64,000 nt of DNA from Setoptus koraiensis (lineage: Eukaryota > Animalia > Arthropoda): positions 17,236,001 through 17,300,000 of the forward strand of contig CM106585.1 in the NCBI GenBank assembly GCA_048013815.1. The letters run 5' to 3'. Numbering within the stretch: the stretch's first letter is position 1; every line of letters begins with the position of its first letter. The position numbers were made by a program, and so were the translations under genes. Below are positions 49,274-60,601 of this stretch, piece after piece. The notes under the pieces were generated by a model that saw nothing but the letters and a program-made list of their open reading frames with translations, was not told the origin of the DNA and did not search any database.

Positions 49274-49274
<1 letters not shown>

Positions 49275-49326
<52 letters not shown>
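49275..49326. repeat. (AC)26 perfect microsatellite
   Basis: Read directly from sequence. Confidence 0.97.
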
Positions 49327-49328
<2 letters not shown>

Positions 49329-50372
49329 TTTATTGAGCTGAAAAGAAGAAGCAACTCCAGAAATCAGGCTAAGACGTAGTTGTGTTTACCAGCAGTCTGT
49401 TTATTGTGTCTTAGCTGATTGAATTTATCTTGCGATTAATATTGTTCAATCTGGAAAGATTGTGCGAGTTGTTGGGGCTCCTCTAAAGCTTGTGTACAGA
49501 GTGTGTGCAGTCAACGAAAGCAACTCATAACTAAATGATCGATTGACCAATTGTTGTGCCCCGTCAATCCACGGGGCGCAACAATTGGTCAATCGGGCGC
49601 ACGAACGACCAGTGGCGCAGAAATGTTACGTACGCAACACTGTTGCCTCGAAATCACTGATATTTTCTGTCATATTCTGTCTGTTCGATGGAGCGGGCCC
49701 CTCTAGCGAACCAACGAAATATCGATTCGATTCTGTCATGTCCGACATAACAAACGCAATCTCAACAATTGGTGCCGTATGGAATGTGCGCGCCTCAAAA
49801 CAGTCGTGGGACAGTTTACAGTTGCTGTTGCGACAGCTATTTAAGGCGGCAGCTAGAGCAGGCAGACGCAAAAGGGATTTTCTTTGTAGTTTGGCCTACA
49901 TTCATCGGCTAGCAATAGTGTAGGGCTATTTGTCATAAACGTCGCATGAGCACATCGTTCGATGTAAGCTGATCGACAAAGAACAATTGTTGCCCGCTTT
50001 TTGCGCCATATCTCACACACACACCAAATGTACTGCTGTTCACACTTGTACAACTTGTAAGAAAGCAAGATCCATCGGCTTGACTTATTGCGAGTGCCAA
50101 CAACTTGTAAGATGCCAGTTACAAGCAAGCAACTTACGATCTGCGTACCAACAACCGTTCATTGTTCGACCGCTGTTGTGTAACTGGTCTCCACAACCAT
50201 CATGATGATGGTTGTTACATGTTATATCGTATTGTGTGCCAGGTTACATAATACCAAAGCGAGAGAGAGAGAGCCAACAACTACTGCAAGCGATCGCATA
50301 AACATGTCATGTTAGTGAGTTGGTGATTTGAACATCGCAATCTGCAGTTTGCACACTAAACTGCACTGCTCT

Positions 50373-50406
50373 CACACACACACACACACACTCGCACACT
50401 CTGTGC

Positions 50407-50439
<33 letters not shown>
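50373..50439. repeat. Interrupted (AC)n microsatellite
   Basis: Read directly from sequence. Confidence 0.9.
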
Positions 50440-50442
<3 letters not shown>

Positions 50443-51298
50443 TACTGTTTTGTGTTGGTTCATGCGATGTTCGATAGGGATCATCGTCGTTAGTAGCCAG
50501 CAGCAATGGTTATGGCAACACACACTGATATTTATGTATGAATGTGTCTCGTCTGCGGGCAGCTGATTCTGAGATGAACATTGCTTTGCTTGAACAATAT
50601 TTCATCACCATAGACAAGCTATATTTATATTGATTGATCGATGGTTGGGCTCCACATTTATTATTAATATTATACTTTTATATATTGGTAGTGGAGGCGA
50701 TATATTTAGCACTTCAACACTCAAGTAAATACCGGCTTATTATTATACAACAACTACTATGTATATATAGGTACATATACACACCTACATATTTATCATC
50801 ATTAGCAGCATTTTATTTATCACTATATTACTGTTATTGTGGGCTCAATTAAATCACCATCTATCCTAACCAACACAAACTCTTAATATTTACTGCAATT
50901 GTAGTCAACAGTAATGGATCGTTCATCTTGCATGAAATACACATGTCTACATAGACTTAGTATTATTATTGTAGTGATAAAATTTGGCTATTAGTTTTAT
51001 TCAGGCGCCCCCCATTGAAACGGCGTGTGCAGGACAATAAAAGGGAAAATCAGAATATCTATACTTACCATTATTACCACTTGTATTTAGACATATAACC
51101 ATAGACACACATTTAAACTACCCCAAATAACGAATTTCAGAATGGTCCATGGGGCCGAGCTCAACGTTGTAGATCAATTTCCAAGAGACCGAATTGCATG
51201 AATAGTGCTAGCGCTGGACATTTTGATCCTCTTTTTTTTTATTAAACAACACTTTTAATATCTGCAAGTCAAACCAGAAGCAAACCTCGTCCTAAAAT

Positions 51299-53683
51299 AT
51301 GGGCAACCACTTAACCGGGAGGCTCGGGTCAAACTCAGGCCATCAAATGAGGACAAATCAAGAAGATACCATTTATAGTTATTCTGTAAACAAGTCATAC
51401 TTTAGTAATTTCTTTATAATGGCCGGAGAACGTTTTGATGCCTCCAATCCAGATTATTTATTTGGTGAAAATTATGATCTTAACTATCTGAGTTGTGCAA
51501 AGCCTTTATCATTCCCTTATAAGCAATCTCAATCTTATCTAATGGCAGCCAACAGTAAAAAATCAAACAGTAGGGTGAACCTTAGAAGCAATACCTCTAG
51601 GAATAAGACAATCAATCATTTGAAATCTCGAAGCTCTAAGGTTCCCACACCAAAAAATCTGCAACCATCACAGGCATTGAAATGTCTCATCAATATACGT
51701 AAGGAAACCTTGCGATTGGTTAAGGTTAACACACCTCATGAGCTATCGCAAAGCATCAGTATGAAAAATAGTTATAATCCACAATCCTCTTATGAGACTG
51801 AAGATGATGAAACCATTATTCCAAGAGTACTCAAAGAGCGTAGTCTCAATGATACCCCTGAATGCGACCGAACTGATAGTCATGGAAGTAGCAATCGGAG
51901 AGACAAGCCATCTATAACTGATTTACCTTCAAGTGTTAGTGTTCAAACAACAAATGATCACACGATATCACCTGGTGCAACAACAGCACAATCCTACAAC
52001 CAAAGACTGGATAATGAACAAGATTATAGTGATAATAAAGGCGGTAAAAATATTAGACAATATTCTAAACTGAGGATTCAAGATTATTCGCAATCTGACG
52101 CTACCTCCACTGACGACATGAACCTCACTCATGAAAAGAGTCGAGAAAGAAAGTTGAGACCGAATGGAAATGTGATGTATCAAAATTATCAGCCTGTGAT
52201 CGATTTAGAACAAGTTACTCGAGATACGATAACCAATGAGAGTTTGAGTACCTCAACAAACAGTGATACAAGTCGCTCGATACCGTCAAATTTGAGCTCA
52301 GACGATGGCAAAGAGAGGCTTGATTCTCCTCTGAGAGTATCAACATTAACAAATAATACAAATTGTAGTGCCGACGATAGTTTGAATAATTCAATTATAA
52401 ACAAGGAAAAACGCGAGTTGTGGTCACAGGGTCAATCGCAAGTATACAATATAGAATTTAACTTTGACACGGAAGTAGATTGCACTATTAGGATTTATTA
52501 CTTTTGCCGTAGACAAATAACCGCTAGTGGAATAATTTACGAACCTTTGAACAAATCCTACATGTCACAAATTTATCATTACAAGAGTGGGCTCAATCAT
52601 AAATTTCAACAAGCGGATCATACATTCCAACCGAATCTGTTTGATGATGACAATCTTAGCTACAAACCTTTCGACCAAGCTGGAAACTTTGATCCGACAG
52701 CACTCTTCCCAGTGGTAATACATGGCATCGCGCAAGATGGCACTTATCCTAGGCAGTCCCACTCTCTGATCGCGATAATTGAAAAAAATCAAAATGATGG
52801 TAGCTACTCAATCAAACCTCTCAAGCAACTATTATTCGTCGATGGTCTACAGTACTTACTTCAGGAGATATATGGTATAGAGAACAAACATCTCGCTTCA
52901 AGACAACAGTCTCGTAAAGTATCGTCTTCAAGTGTACAAAAATCTAGCTCGATCAAATCTAATGCGACCTACAGCAATATGGGATCAACATCTAGCATTG
53001 ATAAACAAGCCACATTAACTAATGGTAAAGCTCCACCTTATCAACATGATAACCTTTTCGAATGTGTTATTTGTATGAGTGAGGAACGCGATACACTCTT
53101 ATTGCCATGTCGTCATCTCTGTCTCTGTAATTCTTGTGCCCATCATCTGAGATACCAAGCCAATAATTGTCCCATATGTAGGGCTCCATTCAGAGCTCTG
53201 ATACACATAAGAGCTGTTCACAAGTCGGGAAAGCAGTCGAAAAATCAAGACAGAATCGATAGCATTCCAAAAGGCGCTAAAACAACAAGTTCTACGACAA
53301 TCGACAGTTCCTCTAAAAACAAAGAAAAGATGTCAGCCAACCACCAACAGGCTCCTTTAATGTCTCGCGAGAGCGTTGTCAGTATTACTGGTCAGTCATC
53401 ATCGGTCACAACTTTGACTAAAACTCTTAACACAGCAAAATCCTCTCTGACATCAACTTCAATTCAAGGAAACAACCATAACAATAGTCTGGAACTCTCC
53501 AACTTGGATAATCAATGGCAGTACAGTGGAGTGAGCAACCCCAAAACCGTCTCAGCTCCCACTGCCATCACAACTTCAACAATGCTCCCTGTCGGCTATG
53601 AGTATACATCCCTCTTTACAGAGACCATGAAAGAGTACGATGATTTTCGTAACCTAGCATCTTGCGACGGCGGAACAGACTGA
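51299..53683 (+). CDS. MGRN1: Mahogunin/RNF157-family RING E3 ubiquitin ligase, single ORF, 794 aa
   Basis: MGNHLT myristoylation-type start; YFSNFFIMAGERF...YLFGENYDLNYL; LINIRKETLRLV; YNIEFNFD; IKPLKQLLFVDGLQYLLQEIYGIENK; RING CVICMSEERDTLLLPCRHLCLCNSCAHHLRYQANNCPICRAPFRAL. Confidence 0.95.
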   Translation: MGNHLTGRLGSNSGHQMRTNQEDTIYSYSVNKSYFSNFFIMAGERFDASNPDYLFGENYDLNYLSCAKPLSFPYKQSQSYLMAANSKKSNSRVNLRSNTSRNKTINHLKSRSSKVPTPKNLQPSQALKCLINIRKETLRLVKVNTPHELSQSISMKNSYNPQSSYETEDDETIIPRVLKERSLNDTPECDRTDSHGSSNRRDKPSITDLPSSVSVQTTNDHTISPGATTAQSYNQRLDNEQDYSDNKGGKNIRQYSKLRIQDYSQSDATSTDDMNLTHEKSRERKLRPNGNVMYQNYQPVIDLEQVTRDTITNESLSTSTNSDTSRSIPSNLSSDDGKERLDSPLRVSTLTNNTNCSADDSLNNSIINKEKRELWSQGQSQVYNIEFNFDTEVDCTIRIYYFCRRQITASGIIYEPLNKSYMSQIYHYKSGLNHKFQQADHTFQPNLFDDDNLSYKPFDQAGNFDPTALFPVVIHGIAQDGTYPRQSHSLIAIIEKNQNDGSYSIKPLKQLLFVDGLQYLLQEIYGIENKHLASRQQSRKVSSSSVQKSSSIKSNATYSNMGSTSSIDKQATLTNGKAPPYQHDNLFECVICMSEERDTLLLPCRHLCLCNSCAHHLRYQANNCPICRAPFRALIHIRAVHKSGKQSKNQDRIDSIPKGAKTTSSTTIDSSSKNKEKMSANHQQAPLMSRESVVSITGQSSSVTTLTKTLNTAKSSLTSTSIQGNNHNNSLELSNLDNQWQYSGVSNPKTVSAPTAITTSTMLPVGYEYTSLFTETMKEYDDFRNLASCDGGTD

Positions 53684-54275
53684 ACAATCACGATTTGTTC
53701 AATACGATCACAGATTGAAGATTCTCAACGATCTCAAATATATCATCTAGATTAGTGTTATTAAAAAGAATTGTTTACTTGAAATTGATGACGAATGCTA
53801 AATGATTCAAGAGGCCCACTGTTATTATCAATACTTTCATCCATCAATTTTTCTATTCCACCCAAGGACAGATTGACCTTGGATCTATTTTTTCGCATTT
53901 CATTTTTTCTTTCTTTTTTTGTTTGTCTGTGGCAACTTTATATAACTTTATGTTGGGGGAAGTGAAGTGGAAGTGTTTCCGTTTTCACGGAGAGAAAGTA
54001 TTTTTTGTGCTTCGCCAACACCCCATGAAACGACCCTGGCTTATTTTCTCCGTATGAATGCAAGTGACCGTATCAGCTGTGATTGCCCCACATGTTTCAA
54101 TTCAAATGTTACTGTTATAGTGCACAATAATGTTTTGCTAAAATTCCATCATTGCATTATGCATCCAATTACGAAATGCAAACATCCTTTATTGGAGAAT
54201 GCAATCACTACCAGACAACACCGTCTGAGAATCTAAATAGTGATACAATATACAGTGCGGTATGAACACTACAAA

Positions 54276-56771
54276 ATGGAGGGCAACGTTCTTCTAGATA
54301 TGGATAGGAAAAGAATAGAATTATTGGAGCAACAACTGGCAAGTAAATGTGATGAAATAGAACACATGAGAAAACAACTGGAATCAAAAGAAAGATTATT
54401 CGATATTAGTGAGAAAATTAATAAAGATCTTAGAGAACAAATACAAGTACTCAGTGCCAAATTACAATCCTATGGAAAAATTGACAAATTGCTTAATAAG
54501 TCAAAGGTGCATTCTTCTAGCCAGACAGATCTCTCAACTCGCTCTCAATTTAACGACGAATGGCACAGTCAGAATAAAACTCAATCAACAGACAAAAAAC
54601 AACTGAGTGGCTCAACGAAGAGTCTATCGCCACCACTTCTATCGAAGGCTTCATTGGAATCGTTGCTTGTAGACCGCAGGGTCATCCTATCCGGAGGCAA
54701 ATCGAGACTCTCACAATCTTTAAATTCAGTCTCATCGGCCTCTAAGAGTGTAGTAGCTGAAGATGGAGTTTGCAAGAATGGATGTGATGGAGCCAATCAA
54801 ACAACAACCAACTCATGGCAGAGAGAATCTAATAACACTCAAACCAGAATATCAGATTTAGTTAGAAATTGTGTCAATCAGAGCATGTCATCGGCAGAAG
54901 AGACGCCCGTGCAAGAGGACGATTATGTTTATGACGAGAGAAGTAGAACTTACTACAGCCCATCAACACAATTGTATTGGTATCCAGATTCGTCGTTCTT
55001 TTATGATCCAAAATCTTCTAGTTATTATCACTATGATTCCGCTCGGAAGAGTATTCAGTTTCATTCTACTTTGAGACTAGATCAGTCGTCGAATATATCA
55101 GAATGCAACGTTGGAGAAATTCAAGATGGCGCTAAATCTTATGTCGTTGCGGCCCCTGTCAGAAACTATTGTCTTCCTCGACCAAGCAGCGTAAATAAAA
55201 GGACTGCCGCCATAGACCAATCTTTGAGCTCTACAATTGACGATATAGATCAGCATCATATAGTTGAGGTTGACAACAATGATTTGTCGGAGACCAATGA
55301 AGTGATATCATCTTTCACTGTACGAGAATTCGGCCGTCATGAAAGTGAATCGATTAACAATAAGCCAGGGAAAGCTTTTGCTTGTATCGAGGTACTTACA
55401 TGCTTCTGTCCATGTTTTGGCATGTTCTAACTAATCTTGGCTAGGCCTGCTCGATCTAATATACCTCTAATCACTAATCGATAAGTTTCATGCTAATATG
55501 TTTGCAATCCTCTTTCTTTCCCCTTGCAACTTAACACCATTTGATCCTGTCTAATCCCGCCCCAATTAAAATAGAATAACAAAACAAAAAATCAGCCACT
55601 AACACCTCAAGAAAACATCACCTCGAAAGAATTAGAGGAGGGTGAGTTGTCCGACTCATCCTCTATATCAGCTTCTTCTTACATAGTCGAAGAGATTAAA
55701 TTGACTGATAATGGCGCCAACGATAAAAACGATAGATGCCCTCCTCTTAGCCTAGAAGAAATAGACACAAAATTAACTTATATAGGGGTTTACAAGGATG
55801 CTCCTTGTTTGAGAATGATAGTCATGCGATCTGAAAAATTAGATCTAGGTAGCCTGTTGCTAATAACTCCGGTTGGTGGAATCATAGGTAGTATACAAGA
55901 ATCTCACGTGTGTGTGCCTGATGAAGGAATCAAGCCCAGGCATTGCAAGGTATACTACAACAATGAAGTGCTCGGTTACTGCCTCTTAGATCTATCAGAA
56001 GATGGCTCTACATATCTGAGCTATGATAACGGATTAAGTTTTGAAAATATAACTAAAGGGAACAAACAGTTGATATTGACTCACGCAAGTATTTTACGCC
56101 TAGGTCTATTTACTGACCTTCTTATACATATACACTCTGGCAGAGATGTCACTTGCAATGAGTGCGAACCCGGCATCGTCCAACAACGTTTGAGAATTGA
56201 ACAATCGAAATCAGATAGTAACAGGGAAGAGCCGTTGAACTGCCGCAAGAATAAAGAGAAAGATAGACGATCTACGCTCAAAGCATTGAAAAGAAAGTAC
56301 GGTGTAGACGGAGGCGTCATGTCAAGTGATGTTATTGAAGTAGCGAACAACATAGTTGACTCTCATGGTTCTTTTTCAGCAGAGAATCCATCATTGATCC
56401 CACAAGGAGACCAATCGCAACCATCGAGTAAAAAGAAACAACTTTACAGAGATCGAGCCGCAGAGAGACGTGCCACAGGTGTAGGATCGCAAAACCCCTA
56501 CGAAAAAACTGATCTCACTGTCGGAGAAAGGCCTATCGGACCACAAAACAAAGGTTATAAGTTACTTACTAAGATGGGATGGTCTGCGGGACAACGTTTG
56601 GGCACAGATTCCACAAATCAGTCGAACCTACTAGAGCCTTTGATGGTCACTGGACACCTAGGCACATCCGGTTTAGGGTCAACAATCAGTGCCAGTAACT
56701 CCGCACTAAATCACAAAACAGCCAAGAGTAGAACATCCTCTCATCTCGATGATGATTTTTCTGATATATAA
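54276..56771 (+). CDS. AGGF1: Angiogenic factor with G-patch and FHA domains 1 homolog (coiled coil, OCRE, FHA, G-patch), 2 exons, 763 aa
   Basis: Exons 54276-55391 and 55596-56771; a 204-nt phase-0 intron (GTACTT...AATCAG) joins the two ORFs. OCRE aromatic repeats (YVYDERSRTYYSPSTQLYWYPDSSFFYD), ELEEGELSD, FHA-like region, YRDRAAERR and G-patch (NKGYKLLTKMGWSAGQRLG). Confidence 0.9.
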
Positions 56772-57593
56772 TGTTAAAAATAGCAAACGGATAACGATCG
56801 TTTTCAAGACGCTCTCTGATTCTCGTCAATTTACCACCAACTGATCCATTAATTGGAATACTAAAATTTTCTGCCTGTAGAAATTACATTATAATGATCT
56901 GCTGTCAATATCATTGTTTTGTGAGTTAATCGATTACAAGAGTCACCAAACATGTTAGCCATAGATCATCTGTTAAAATAAAGGCCGCTCCAATAGGACT
57001 ATTTTCTGTTTAATTATATAATTTTATATATATTTTCATATCCTATCCAGAGCGATTGTTATGATGAGATCTTAATGAGCATTAGCTGAGTTCTCGTTAG
57101 ACAAATTAGATAGCAAACAAAACGATTATGGGGTAGAAATGGCAGACTGGGTGAGAATGGAAGTATGATGGGGTGACGGAGAGAGAACCACAAACTTTGA
57201 TGCAATTTTTTCCGCAATTCAAATCAATAGGAGATTATTTTTGAATTCACGAGCCCATGTTTTAGAAATTGTTCTAGAAATAACAACGCTACGCTTAAAT
57301 TGGGTCACCTCAAACAATCGATAAAAACGTGGCACTAGGAATGGCACTCATTCTGAAATAAAAAGTTTTCTGACAACTTTATCGGATGAAACTCCTGCGC
57401 ATTTTCTCTTGCAAGATGTTGATGAAAAATTCTGACGATGCATCGAAGACTGAAGACCAAGATTGCCCAACTTATTGAATGACAAGCAGATCTTTTGTTT
57501 GAGTTCTTGCGAGCAAGTATTGAATTTCAAAAACTGAAGAACTAGAAGAATCGAAGAACTAACTGCAGAATCTACACAATGTACAATTGGCAA

Positions 57594-57707
57594 ATGATGT
57601 TAACAACAGCGACAATCTTTATAGCCGTCGGTTGATCCATAGATTGAATCGGCCGGAACCGATAGCAAACAGGCGCCTATAGAGATTGTCGCTGTTGTTA
57701 ACATCAT
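57594..57707. repeat. 114-bp foldback with 31-bp inverted arms (1 mismatch); MITE-like or hairpin RNA candidate
   Basis: ATGATGTTAACAACAGCGACAATCTTTATAG (57594-57624) pairs with CTATAGAGATTGTCGCTGTTGTTAACATCAT (57677-57707). The single mismatch is a U-G wobble on the plus strand. Confidence 0.85.
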
Positions 57708-58934
57708 GGGTGCTTTGACAGGGTTCAGTGTTTATGATAGTGAAATCAAATGAAAATCTAGCTTTCTTCTGTAATGAGAAGATAATTATGAAAAAGTATC
57801 GTTTTTATCCGACCCAACTCATGCTCGGGCTAACATTTTACATCTAAGCGCTACGTGTATAAACGAACTAATCAAATCTTGCTTCTCCTCACGAAGATAG
57901 ACTTTGCAATCAGAGGCACACTTTTCGCCCGACTGACTTTGTTCTAAGTTGAGTGGCTTACTGAAAGTTTTGGGCGGCACCTGATAGGATGACTATAGTA
58001 AGGATCGGCATGTTCAGAGGGACGTGTTTATTTGCTGAGAGTTTTTGCATATGGAGAAAAGACAAGCGATTTAGCTAGTCGTTTAACGTTCAACTCTTCT
58101 GATCAGTATTTTGTATGAAGACCTTCTGATTGTAAAACTTTCTTGTGAGCTCTTTCGCGCATCAAATTAATCATCCACACATCCTTGATTTGAATGGCGC
58201 AATTTGAATGGGTCAATGAAGAACCAATCATTGAACGAGTTGCAATTTAATTACCAACTGTTTTACTCGTGACCAATGATGGATATTCTTACGACTCAAC
58301 ACGTTTCTGCCGAAAGTCTCGATAGTAGGAGGTCGAAAGTTTCTCCACTTTCTGCCTGATTAGAAACCATAGTCATCCCTTTATGTCGTTATGATTAGGA
58401 GGACCAACAGTCAAGTCTGAGTCAGAGGGACGAACTTTTGTCCAGTAGAGTGGCTCCGATGAATCGAGGACAACGACAAGGAAGAAACAATCAAAGGAAG
58501 AGAAAACTTAGAAGAAAGAAGAGCCATCAAAGGGAAAGGATCCGAAAAGAAATGTTGATTGCTGAGCCCGCGAAGACTATCATAACAAGCCAAAGGTCTC
58601 GATTGATTCTCTCATGTTTTCCTCTTTGATATCTGCAGCAATATGCCCAATTTCAAAACTAGAGCGTATCGCAAAGTTATATTGGTCATACAGTGTGCTA
58701 GGTATGATTAGCATGAGCTAGATTGAGAAGGAAAAAGAGGTTTATGGTGGCTAAGTCTTTCCAGTTTGGTTGACCCCAAGTGATAACTGTCTCCTTGCGG
58801 CTCGTATGTGTGATGTATATTCAAATTGTCAGGGGTCAAACTTCGCAAAAATGCTTTCGAATGCTCCCACTGACTGCTAGGTGATTTATCTCTCGTTCGT
58901 CCACAAATGATTTATATAACTCAAAAAACAGGTT

Positions 58935-59399
58935 TTGTTGTGGTCAGTCGATGAATCGATGCCTCACCACTATTCATGGATGGCACAGATATATCCGGCG
59001 GGCAGTCGGATGATCGATTGCACTGTATCTATTGTTGACAGATCATTTATACTGACAGCAGGACATTGTCTAGAAAGACCTGCTATTGTTCGCGAGATAG
59101 ACAATCGTATCGAGTTGCGCTATTTGGTGTATTGGCGTATTATCATATTTTCGGGGCCAGGATTGGGTGCTCCCCTCTGAAGAATTTTAGCCGGAGATTC
59201 CTTTGTCACGGTACTTTTGTGTGAGGATTTCGCAATGGCCTTACATCTGGTTCAAAAAAGAACCAACTGCGGCGCTGGCATCGTGTGCGACTTGCGCGGG
59301 TCAAGAAACCGTTGCGATTGTATTGTCCTCTTACTTATACTCACGTACAACGTAATTGAGTTCTATCACCTTTGTTACTCCCATTGTTATTATAACTAA
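58935..59399 (+). pseudogene. Decayed trypsin-like (S1) serine protease fragment
   Basis: DESMPHHYSWMAQI...DCTVSIVDRSFILTAGHCLE matches the S1 N-terminus and His active-site motif (59055-59069). In-frame TGA at 59178, followed by in-frame GDS (59193-59201) and GAGIV. Confidence 0.6.
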
Positions 59400-59419
59400 A
59401 TTATTTTTATTTTTATAAA

Positions 59420-60601
59420 ATGGAGCTACCCAGCTCAGGAAGTCAGATAGCGTTTCGGCTCATGAATGACGATGACATTAGACAATTTTTATTGTTGGCC
59501 TTCGATTTCAAACTAGACAGAGATGCCTTCGCCAGGCCAACACGTGAAATGGTGTTCAGTATCTACAAGAGGTTTGTCACTGCTCTACTGCCTAAGGATG
59601 TGGAGCAGCCTAAACTAGAAGCCGCCCAACAAATGTATGACCTGGGACTTCATTTGGAAAATATTCAATATATGAACTTGACTCACGAGATCAATAAAAT
59701 TCTTCGCGGTTGGGACGACCAGAAGTTTCAAGCATCAGATATCGGAGACCCAAAACGAAAACGCACACAACATTTTCTCACAGTACTCATAACTGTCTGG
59801 GGCTATATCTACGACGACGTCCATCCAAAATGGCAGGCCACATCAAAAGAAAAGGGTCGGTTGCAGTTGAGAGACAGAAATATTCAATGGGAGAAACAAC
59901 TTGCTGGAACCACCCGTAGAATTGAGGAAGTGGCCGTAAAAATCTCAGATCTTGAGGCCAGCAATGGTAGTAGAGAGGAAATTGACAGTCGCCTCGGCGA
60001 GTCCGAAACAAAGGCTACCAAGAAGAAGACTGCCAAAGAAGAGTCTCGTAAAAAAATGAATGAGACCAGATTAGGTCACGCCAAGCTGAAAGAGGCGAAA
60101 AGCGATATTAAATTGGCCACAAACAAACTGAAAGAAAGAAGGATAGAGCTCGAGAAGATGTCTGTAGATTTTGAGGAGCGCATCCATAACTATCAAAAGG
60201 AAGTGGAAATCCAGAAAAGCTTGCAAAGCCCCAGAGCAGTGTTACAAACCATTGAAAATCAAAGTGAATGGGATGATAAACAGCTTGAAACTTGCTTGGC
60301 TTTAACTCGGTCAGCGAAGAACCCATTGATGATTAAAACTTCCAAGGATTTAGAGCAAATTGTATCCTACAAGTCTTTGATTGGTGATAAAAAACATACT
60401 ATAGAATTTAATAAGGCCCAGATCACTGAAGAGTCCACGATGTCGAAGATGCAGCTCGAGGAAATTAAAACTAGAGAACAAACAGCCATTCAAGAAAAAG
60501 AGGCCATCAGATCAAAGGTTGAGTTGGCCTTTAGTGGATTCGAGAAAACCATGGACGAAAGTATCGATGTTATCAGCGGGCCCCTTAAAACTTTAAAGTA
60601 A
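59420..60601 (+). CDS. NUF2: Kinetochore protein Nuf2 (Ndc80 complex), intronless, 393 aa
   Basis: N-terminal CH-domain signature (FARPTREMVFSIY...FQASDIGDPKRKRTQHFLTVLI), followed by a long coiled coil. Confidence 0.82.
   Translation: MELPSSGSQIAFRLMNDDDIRQFLLLAFDFKLDRDAFARPTREMVFSIYKRFVTALLPKDVEQPKLEAAQQMYDLGLHLENIQYMNLTHEINKILRGWDDQKFQASDIGDPKRKRTQHFLTVLITVWGYIYDDVHPKWQATSKEKGRLQLRDRNIQWEKQLAGTTRRIEEVAVKISDLEASNGSREEIDSRLGESETKATKKKTAKEESRKKMNETRLGHAKLKEAKSDIKLATNKLKERRIELEKMSVDFEERIHNYQKEVEIQKSLQSPRAVLQTIENQSEWDDKQLETCLALTRSAKNPLMIKTSKDLEQIVSYKSLIGDKKHTIEFNKAQITEESTMSKMQLEEIKTREQTAIQEKEAIRSKVELAFSGFEKTMDESIDVISGPLKTLK

Noticed and set aside
51061-51069. ATACTTACC, like the U1 snRNA 5' end
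   Set aside because: The following sequence lacks U1 stem-loops and an Sm site.
57190-57600. Coding-looking plus-strand frame with scattered stops, and the minus-strand ORF 57348-57593
   Set aside because: Stop density is about what is expected at random, and no recognisable motif is present.
58295-58375. Minus-strand NQAESGETFDLLLSRLSAETC, resembling a retrotransposon gag motif
   Set aside because: Too short, with no zinc knuckle, protease or RT remnants nearby; may be chance.
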